Origin: Penicillus capitatus
Lineage: Eukaryota; Plantae; Chlorophyta
Assembly (NCBI GenBank): GCA_965649825.1
Contig: OZ287703.1
Span: forward strand, 987,722 to 1,051,721
Length of the DNA: 64,000 nucleotides
Reading direction: 5' to 3'
Position 1 is the first letter of the stretch; every line of letters starts with the position of its first letter. Under the pieces are notes generated by a model. The model was not told where the DNA came from, ran no database searches, and worked only from the letters and a program-made list of their open reading frames with translations. A program made the translations under genes and the position numbers. Below are positions 1 to 11,904 of this stretch, piece by piece.

Positions 1-16
1 AGGGATTTGTCTCCAG

Positions 17-2972
<2,956 letters not shown>

Positions 2973-3145
2973 ACGATCTTTCTTTTGCACCAGGCAACCA
3001 GTTTCATTGTTTATTATTCTATTCTAATCTGGACTCGCACTATTTCACAATTGGTGTGTGGTTAGCAGCCGAACTATTTGTTTCCAATGTTGAATGGGAC
3101 ATTGATTCAGTCTTTGCTGCGTTCCATTTGTCTGGAAAAAGGTTC

Positions 3146-3351
3146 TGACAGGTACGCGATAACGGTTGCGGCCCCGCGGACCGGACAGGCTGTCCGCTGC
3201 TTGACATGACAGCGGTCCGCGGGCGCCGGGGCTATAAAGCTGACTGGGCTCACCATGTAATCAGTCTCAGCTTTGGCTCTTTACGGTTCCTCCGCTTCTG
3301 CACACGCGTTGGCGCGTTCGCGTCGCGCCGAAGTCAGACGCATCCCCGTCA
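3146..3351. mobile_element. 206-bp solo-LTR-like insertion (family X, copy 1)
   Basis: Starts TGAC and ends GTCA, flanked by 5-bp direct repeat GGTTC (3141-3145, 3352-3356). Absent from the homologous 3' flank of ABCC copy B. Contains a GC hairpin followed by TATAAA. Confidence 0.8.
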
Positions 3352-3444
3352 GGTTCCGTTTCCGTGGATCTCTGATTAACTTTAGAGATCTTTCACCATT
3401 CAAACCGTTATGTCAGATTCTCAGATTTACGGTTCAAGTGCACA

Positions 3445-3804
3445 GGAAAGCATGTAAATGAATGGGTCAATTAATGATGGACGTAGCTGCAGTCCTGTTG
3501 TCACTATCAAGACACTAAAGAAGGAAGAAAGACTGAAGAAGAAGATGACATCATGACATGAAGCATGACGCGATCATAACGTCATGCTGTGAAAACGTAT
3601 AAAAAAGGGGGTTCTGATACACTCGATATCTTTTTGAAAAAGAAACGCCTGTCTGTTTAAGAACGCATTTTCACACGCTACACTGTCCTACATATAAGGA
3701 CTTGATTTCATCAAAGACATTCCGTTTGCTGACGCGTCCACATCTGTATCTCGGCCACACTCGCGCCTCGTCCGTCTCCCGCTGAGATGCGGGCGCGTAC
3801 GGCC
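3445..3804. mobile_element. About 360-bp insertion relative to the ABCC copy B flank
   Basis: Homology to the copy B flank (about 17050-17095) stops near 3444 and resumes near 3805. CACA lies on both sides. No convincing terminal repeats. Confidence 0.35.
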
Positions 3805-3836
3805 CACATCTATACGAGACAAAGAAGTTTCACCTG

Positions 3837-4055
3837 TATGAAATGCCGAATCGGGCCCAGGACGAAGCGACCGCTTCGACGCCCAGACGACATCAATGGT
3901 GATCGCGGGTTACAGGGAAGAAGTTCTCAGACAAGCAGCCAATGATGTTTTTTATGCTTATGCCGCATGCGCAAATAATGCCGTCGACTCATTCACTCCG
4001 CGTCATTCGAATCGTCACCTGATTGACTCAGGGCAGTCAATCCGTCACTTTAACA
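3837..4055. mobile_element. 219-bp insertion with 5-bp direct repeat
   Basis: ACCTG at 3832-3836 and 4056-4060; single copy (CACCTGG) in the copy B flank. Ends TA..CA. An 8-bp hairpin GATTGACT/AGTCAATC lies at 4021-4042. Confidence 0.5.
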
Positions 4056-5022
4056 ACCTGGTAACAGGTGCATAGATGTGCTTGTGTTCAATACCTTAAA
4101 AAACACACAGAAGTCTTTCTATGCCAACATCTCCGATCGGCTAAAGGAGTGACCTCGATTGATAGCACCATCTTCAGTGCCTTCAGAATCGCTGGACCTC
4201 ACCACAAGATCCTTTGCTCTCTGATGTCGACAATAGGATTTCCTTTTCGATGACGATTTCAGGCAATGAACAACTCACACTGCAATGCGGTGAGCTTTTC
4301 TGTTGTTTTATAAAGGATTTACTCCTCATCGTTTTCGGCCAAATGTACACTATCAAATGGATCGCTAAATTCCTACAAGACGCACGCCAGTTTTTTAAAG
4401 GCGTAGTCTCCGTTTTCATGGCAATATTCGGCGTAAACTTGAGGCCGATATGGATTTACTGAAGAGATTCTAGATACAACGGAACGTCGCTGTTTTTCCT
4501 TCTTACCACGACTTGACTTCAGCAGTCCTTGAAGACAGTCGTGTCTGGGTATGTTGATCTCGCAACTCATTTACACAAAACCGTTTCGAGTTTCTTTTAC
4601 CCGGACTTCAATACGGCTAACTTCATCGTTGTGTTGCAAGTAAGTCCTTTTCGATACACTCATAACTTGTCGCGTTTGAAGGTGAGTCTCTGACCTGAAT
4701 CATTCAGCTGAAATACAATTTCTGTTCGGCACTGAAGAAAGGGTTTTGTCCTTCATAAGATGTCTTGTCATTCTTTTGGATGATGACGATTTGATGCATC
4801 TGGCGACGACACCCGTATCACATTCGCCACAGAATAGGGATAATGAGCTTTGTTCAGATCTCAGTTTTAAGATCGTCGTCACTTACGTTCGTCTGAACGT
4901 CGAGAGCGTGACATCCCGGAATTCCTCTGGAGGTGGTTTCGGCCATCTCGAGAACGGTTTTGCCTTCAATTCACCGTGAAGTTTGCCGCGGACGTTGACG
5001 TTCTGAGCGTTTCAGACGCGCA

Positions 5023-5865
5023 ATGGCCAAATCCTACGCGCATCACTCTGCGAAGTCTTGGAAAGAAAAACGTTTATACTTTCCGTTTAACGGGACCTGC
5101 AAGTGCAGCAGCGGTGGTGACATCAAGCTCACATTTGAAAGTAGTTCGTCGTTGAGAACGCACTCCTCGTTGCTGAAGATGGCGTCTCCCGTCTTCGATT
5201 CGATGCTGACGGATTGCGCGGAAACGAAAACAGTTTCACTGGGACGCGCATCGCGAGAGGTATGGGTGCAGATCTTGAACAACCTCCATCCGTCTGGTCC
5301 TTCTTTCTTTCCCGATTTCGATCCGTTTCGAAACGTGAATAGACTTGTAAGCAGACAGTAGTATTATAAAGAATGAGAGACCGAGTGAATCTAGGCTGAG
5401 CTTCTGGACCAGGCAAGGAAGTTCGAACTGAAATCCGTGACCGATGTTATGGATGAAGTGATCTCGACGAGGATCCCAGAAGAAGTGTTCAACGCCGAAG
5501 TTTATAAGAAATGGGGAAAGTTCATCGAAGTGCAAGATATCGGAAATGACTTTGCTCACGTGTACAGCATTGTCCTTCAGTTCGAGCCCGAATTGCCTAA
5601 AAGTTCAGAGAGAGTTCGAGCGCATACGGTCAAGATTTTGGAGTTCGCCTGCAGACCGGGTGTCGCTTACAAGAATACTAATAGAACTCACGGGAATACA
5701 TCATGGCAATGCGTGTGCCATTTGTTAAAAAACGAAAATCGAAACGAAGCTCCATACGAAGCTCCCTCGTCAAAAAAGGAAGCCTTAAAGAACATGCTTA
5801 ACAACGCCAGCTTGGACTTCTGTAGAAAGTTGCTGGAAGAACTGTTAGACAAGTGTTTTTTCTGA
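5023..5865 (+). CDS. BTB/POZ-like family protein B1 (exons 5023-5346, 5395-5865)
   Basis: YFPFNG..GDIKLTF...LRTHSSLLKMASPVFDSMLTDC..WVQILNNLHP. Phase-0 48-bp GT-AG intron; exon 2 begins AELLDQARKF. Confidence 0.8.
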
Positions 5866-7362
5866 CATCGTCTCTCTACTTAGCGAGCTTTGTTCCCTGC
5901 TTGGCTGTCTGTTCAAAAGCCTTTCGAAGTACTAAGTCAGCGTTCGATTTAAAGTGAATTAGTGAATTACCCACCTGTCGATACATCTGCAGTATCATAA
6001 CAACCTAGAGGGCCCGGCGACACAGACAAAAAACCTAATGATCATGTTGCTCATCTCCGTTGCTGCTCTTTGTCTTTTGCGTTTTTGATCTGGCGAATAT
6101 TGGTTTGAAATCGCTTTACTGCTGCCAAGAGAATCCACGATGGAATAGTACGGAATCACATGTACCGCTGCACTACTTTTATCGTGTTTTGTCGTTTGGA
6201 TGAGACGAAACGAATGCAAGTCGCGCAGTTAGGTCCTCTGACGGTGGTTTACTCAATGCAAAACAATCGAGTAACACTGCGATTGGCCGCCGCTCAGGAA
6301 CTCAGTCTGGTGATGTTTTACAGATGCGTTGTCAATCGATGCTTCAATGGTTTGCCCCTGAAAGTAAAAACGGCGGCGTCAAAAAGGATATGTACGATAA
6401 CTGAAACAATCATAAGGACGGCGCCCTAACGGACGTAGTAGCTCCGTTCGAAAATTCGTCGCAGGGATCAGGGCAGTTTTATGTGTGTATGCACGCGTCC
6501 TGATTCCGTCTAGTTGGAGACTCGTCCATGTCTCCTCGCCAAACTAAGTTCTGTAATGTGTTACTAATGCTCACAGAGATCGCGCGTTCTTCAGTCGAGA
6601 AAGCACAGTGGACCGCGCATTTGATTCTCTGGATCATACAAAATGATAACCGTCCGGATGTTACCAGGATTCGCATCTCGAAAGTTGTTTCCTGACGCAT
6701 AAATACCGAATAAAAAAGACATCCACATTCCGACGCATTACCGGCACCTCGAGATCAGCCGCAGAAGGACGCGTCTGTTTTGCGAACCTATGGCGACGAA
6801 TCGTTTACCCGCCTTCGATGTCACGTCATTGTTTGACCGGATGGTCTTTTTATTCGACGCATGGTTGCCTCGTATAACGAGTTCTGCTTATTCCTACGTC
6901 TATTGCTATTGTCCTAACGCAGATCGTGTTTTAGAAGTCGTTTCTTCGGTGTCGTGGCTCTCTAAAGCTTGCCGCGCAGCTAGAAAGTCCAACAGTCGAG
7001 ATGACAGACAGTGACTCGAACTCCAAAACGAGTTCTTGGCTTTCAAACTATTTTCCTTTCGACAGCACGTGTAAACGCAGCCGCGACGGAGACCTTGCAC
7101 TAAAGGTTGCTGACGGGTCATCTTTGAAGACCCACGCTGCTCTGCTAAAAATGGCGTTTGAGATGTTCAATGTGAATGCTGACGGACTGCGAAGAAACTG
7201 AGATGGTGACGCTAGAAGAGACATCGAGGGAGGCACGGATTCTCATCTTAAACCGTCTCCATTCAGCTAGTCGATTGTCCTTCATTGATTTCAATCTGTT
7301 TGAGAATGTGAAACTACTCGTAAGTTAGTTCACGGATTGTGTGCATCGATCAAAGGAAAAGT

Positions 7363-7567
7363 TGACGGGTGCGCGTTTACGGTTGCGTCTCCGCGGACCG
7401 GACACGCTGTCCGCTTCCTGATGGGACGGCGGTTCGCGGAGACCGAGGACTATATAGCTGACGTCACCCCTCACCTGTAGCATTTGCATTCGCTCAGGTC
7501 GTGTTCCTCCGTCCGACGTCGCGCGTTCGCGCTGACCGCGACGCGCAAGTCGTATGCGATTCCCATA
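7363..7567. mobile_element. 205-bp solo-LTR-like insertion (family X, copy 2) in the B2 intron
   Basis: Homologous to 3146-3351 over its length. Begins TGAC, ends CCCATA. 5-bp direct repeat AAAGT at 7358-7362 and 7568-7572. Removing it restores an intron of about 52 bp. Confidence 0.8.
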
Positions 7568-7593
7568 AAAGTTGATTCTAGGCTGATGTTCTG

Positions 7594-8032
7594 TGTGGGT
7601 ACCACGCGGGAAGCGCCGCTTTAAACAACAATGCAGCGGAAGGCTTTGCAGCTCACAGAGCAAGGTTTTTGTTCAAAGGATGCGCCCATTTATATGATGA
7701 ATGTGACACGACTTCACAGGTCAAGTGAGTCAACTAACGCTCAGGGCAATAGGAAAGTGCCTTGACAAGACGTTGAGTGCATCTTTAAGAACAGAACCCC
7801 TCAAAATCGAGGCAGATGATGTGACTTCCACGCGAGAGCGTGACAGTAGGCGTATGCAAACGTCGCGTCGGACGATGGGACTGCATGACTATCAACTGTC
7901 GCGTCAAACGCGTACAGTAGATGCGTCTGACGCAATGTGAGCTTTCCCGTATTAGCGCGATTCATCCGTCTCGTTCTCCGCAGCTTTGAGCTCCGCGTCG
8001 TGGACGGCCCCACTGCATGACGTGGGCCCAGA
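7594..8032. mobile_element. 439-bp insertion in B2 exon 2 (solo LTR or MITE)
   Basis: 5-bp direct repeat TTCTG (7589-7593, 8033-8037). Imperfect terminal inverted repeat TGTGGGTACCACG / CGTGGGCCCAGA. Removal restores GCT GAT GTT CTG GAA CAG (ADVLEQ). Confidence 0.8.
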
Positions 8033-9311
8033 TTCTGGAACAGTCCAAAAAGTACAAGTTTGATAGGGTGTTCGAATCTGTGGAAAATGAAGTTTCCACC
8101 GAGATCTCAATGCAAATTACCCGTCGAGGACTGCCAAGTGCCCTCATCGAAGGCAATGTTTCGTAGGCGAATCTCTACATACAGTCTCGCACTACATTTC
8201 GAAACCGAGATGCCGAGAACCGTTGTTACAGTATGTGTACACATTATCAAGCTTCTTCGTTTAGTCAACGGCCAGCGCAAATGTGTCTCATCGCAACAAG
8301 CCTTCAAAGTAGTTTTTGCCCAGTTAAAGCAGAGTTGGATTATATTGATGGACGTGTTAGAGAATGTGAGTACCGATCTCATCCAGAAACTTGTGGCATA
8401 TCCGACACCGAATTGTTATAGTCGTTTCACGGATTTAATCCAAATTCTTGAACACCAACTACGATGACGTACTCAATTCTCGAGTTGCCTGTGGCGAGTG
8501 AAAAACTGTTCTGTCTTTAAAAGCATTCACAATTTCTGTTTTACAATGCACAACGCGTGCTGTCAATGAGTCACGTTTTGCTTATCGTTTGCAGAAGAGA
8601 GAGCTCAAAACACTGCAATCTGTAGAGGAACGCCGATGATCACCACAGTCGGCGATGTTACCGTCTATCGTAACCGCCTGTCGGAGGAGGACTCCATGGT
8701 GAAAAGCTCGCAACATTGCAATACTCAATCTTAGAAGTACCTACATAGCCGACGGAGATTCCTATCTGTTTAATCAGGTGGCGACGGCGACAACAGTTTC
8801 TCGTCATATCTGTCTATGATCTGATGTCTATGATCGACTCGCAGTTTTCTCCTGCTTGTCTCTCATCTAAATCAGACATTTTTCGACAGATACCTTATTC
8901 AAGTCGGGTTCTCATGCATCATCTCCTCCCATTGTCTGGATTGACGTCATTTTGAAACCATTGGAGAGAGTTGTTTGCGCAAACAGCTTTCCACGCGCGT
9001 CAAAAGACCTATCATCCAAGAAGAGAGCAGAACCGGCGTAACTGTTGCATGTCCAACGGCCGCTCCTGGGAAACTCGAACATTGCCAAGTGAGAGTTTTC
9101 TCTCTGGCTGAGCGCAAATCGCATAAGCCATTTGACGGCGCAGGGGGTTTACATATCCGGACGCTTTTCAGACAGACGATAACAGCACGTCTTTTTGCGC
9201 TACGTCTTGATAAGAACGACTCTGAACAGTTCGTTCACAACGATAGATCAGATATCCATTCGTCAGGAAATATGGATGTGACGTGTAGAAACCTTTGCCA
9301 CATGCACCAAC

Positions 9312-10290
9312 ATGCGGTTGGTCTGCCAAGCCCTTCGCGTCATCCGTATTCTCCATCGCCCGACGCTGACGAGACTTCAATGCTCCGTGAATGGACGACG
9401 TGTGTCTGAGCGCTCAGTCGCACCTCCTCTCGACGGAAGCATCGAGTCCAGTCCGGACGGAGATCTTACGCTGAAGTTTGATGACGGCACTTCTTCAAAG
9501 ACCCACGCATTCCTGCTTAAGCTCGCCTCTCCTGTCTTCAACACGCTGTTTACTGAATGGAACAAAAACAAACTATGGCATTAGAAGGCACGTCCAAAGA
9601 GACGTGGACGAGGATTCTGAATCGCCTGCATCCCGGCGTTCAATCTCTGTTTCTGGGGTTTGACCCGATGCAAGATACCAAACAACTGGTAAAAGGAGGC
9701 TTATGAATGGATCACGTCTGAGAGCAGAGTGCCCATCTAGGCGGTGTCAGTGGACAGCTGTCCACCTTCGTGCAGCTGTCCAAAGAATCGCTTAAATTCT
9801 TACAATTACTGTTCGAACAGTCTTTGTAATCCTTACGCCTTCGTCGTTAACCCGTTGTCCTTTGACAAACACGACAGCGGATATATTGGAGCAGTCGAGG
9901 AAGTTTGAGCTGCATTCCATGTTCCGGCTGATGGACGTCATCATCTCCGACAGAATCACTGAGAACATGAACGAAGCTCGAAATCTGCCGAGTAGCTTCG
10001 GCAGTAGAGGAGATCGACATTTGATTCTCTATCGCATAGTACTGCAGTTTGAGTCTGAACTTCCGAAGAGCAACGAAATCTTTTATGCACACTTAATCGA
10101 GGTCATCCAGGCCTTTGCTAAACCAGGATCATGGAGCAAGAAGTTTTATTCTCGCAATGATGTCGGTATGGAGCGTTCTCCTCTAATTAAGGCGGCGTTG
10201 ATGGACGTTATTGAAAGCGGCAGTTCCACATTTCACAAAAAAATCTTGGAGGCGTTGATCGAGAAATGTGTTGATACGACTTCATGGTGA
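9312..10290 (+). pseudogene. BTB family pseudogene B3 (paralog of B10)
   Basis: 1-nt deletion near 9560-9575 relative to B10 gives TAG at 9582-9584. A 132-bp insertion sits 4 nt into exon 2. Confidence 0.8.
9745..9876. mobile_element. 132-bp TGTC..GACA insertion with 4-bp TSD
   Basis: GCGG at 9741-9744 and 9877-9880. Empty site CTAG|GCGGATATA at 43463-43475. Contains the perfect 16-bp palindrome GTGGACAGCTGTCCAC (9750-9765). Confidence 0.8.
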
Positions 10291-10464
10291 TCGATAAATG
10301 CAAAAGCCATTGTCTGTGACGTTTACGCATCCAGTTGTATTGTATTGCGGAGACAGGCTGTGCACTTAATGATGCTCTTCTTTATGTTCTTGATGCTCAC
10401 GAACTACTTCATTTCGCTGAATGAAAGCTCCTGTGTGTGAATGCTCGTCATTGCAGAACCAGAC

Positions 10465-10580
10465 TGTCGAACAATAGATGTCACATCAGACTACATGACA
10501 AAAAAGATCGCTTGTACTGCATTCTTCTGAATTTTAAGGGTTTCGCAGTTCAACGTTTAAAACAACGGCTACACCGTGCA
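10465..10580. mobile_element. 116-bp TG..CA insertion with 4-bp TSD
   Basis: AGAC at 10461-10464 and 10581-10584. Empty site CCAGACAAACAAGG at about 44050-44063. Confidence 0.75.
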
Positions 10581-10865
10581 AGACAAACAAGGATTTCTGT
10601 AAGGATTAGCGTTCTATCGATTTCGAGTGTCGATGTCAGAGCTCTGGACGCCAGGCGATTCAGAGCTTCTGCAAATTAGACCACCACATCGAGTACATGG
10701 CAGGACAAAGAGGCGGCAGTCGACCCTTCCACCGACCGTCTGACGACGCATCTGATGAATGAGTGGACCGGGAAGCGGAAGAGGTGCGTTGACTGTGCCG
10801 AAACGACACTTAGTGGGAACGACGTTTCGCTTCACCGCCCAAACTGAGATTGTCCGAGACACGCG

Positions 10866-11595
10866 ATGACATGCAACGGCCTGCCGTCGAACTACTTTCC
10901 CTTCGATGGCAGCTGCGACTGCAGTCGCGATTGGGACTTCGCCCTCGAATTCGAGGACGCGTCGCTGAAGACGCACACCACTCTGCTCAAGCTGGCGTCG
11001 CCGGTCTTCGCCTCGATGCTGACAGACTGCAAACGAGCGAAAGCGCTGTGCCTCGAGGAAACGTCTCAAGAAGCGTGGATCGTCATCCTGAATCACATCC
11101 ATCCATCCGCCCCGTCCTTTTCCTCGCGCTTTAATATCCTCCAGAACATTGAGCTGGTGGTACGGACATTCTTGTCTCGCCGAATGCGAACGAGAATGGA
11201 CTTGTGCACAGGAAGACGTTTTGGAACAGGCAAGGAAGTTCCAGATGGACTTCTTGCTTGTGGCCATTGACGAGGCCATCCTGTCAAAGCTGCCGAAGGA
11301 ATCTCACGTCAACAGCGCTCCCTGTTTCAGTCATCTCCAAGATCGACACATCCCTCTGTACAGCCTTGCGGTTCGATACGAGTCAGAACTGCCTCAGACC
11401 ATCAATGGCATTCTGGCTCATCTCGTCAAGATTCTGCAATTCTGCTCCAATCAAAGCGCGGCTGATCTCAAAAGAAATCGGCAAAATGGCCATCTTCCCA
11501 AGAAACAGGCACTGATGAATGCTATCAAGGACGGGAGTGTCGATTTCTACAAAAGACTAACAGAGAACCTGCTGGAGAAGTTCTTCTTTCTCTGA
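10866..11595 (+). CDS. BTB family protein B4 (exons 10866-11159, 11212-11595)
   Basis: YFPFDGSCDCSRD..LKTHTTLLKLASPVFASMLTDC. Phase-0 52-bp intron; exon 2 begins EDVLEQARKF. Confidence 0.8.
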
Positions 11596-11904
11596 CCATG
11601 CGTTTTCATTGAACATGCCTTGAAAGAAGACAATCTGAACGATTAAAATAACGCGCTTTGTTGCTTAACGCAGGTGCATTCCTTATTATTCAACAGTGTG
11701 AGGCCTAAAACATGTTGACGTCTTTTCACAAAGTCTGCACACGTGGCTATCTATCATCAGAAGAAATGCTCCATCAATTCATCAAACTGATTCCGCTTTA
11801 TCGATTCGTGCGTTGCTGCAGAGCGTATTCACAACGTACGATTTGTGCAGCTGACGCGACGGGCGGACTGTCTTTGCGTCGCTTAGGACTCGCAGCCAGA
11901 CACG

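Larger units (their letters stand above)
7001..8467 (+). pseudogene. BTB family pseudogene B2
   Basis: Family motif YFPFDSTC..DGDLAL..LKTHAALLKMA, then frameshifts in exon 1, two insertions, an in-frame TAG near 8163 and a frameshift in exon 2. Exon 2 resembles that of B9. Confidence 0.85.

Noticed and set aside
3170-3240. Helitron 3' end or rho-independent terminator for the GC hairpin
   Set aside because: No CTRR terminus or U-tract; the element has TSDs and TG..CA ends.
8160-8170. Alternative genetic code (TAR = Gln), suggested by an in-frame TAG in B2 and frequent TGA stops
   Set aside because: Long conserved exons (769 aa, 583 aa, 405 aa) contain no TAA/TAG and use CAA/CAG. B2 has other disabling lesions.
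8912-9124. Small minus-strand ORF conserved at 42628-42924
   Set aside because: Differences between the copies are mostly non-synonymous and nearby frames shift; explained by the segmental duplication.
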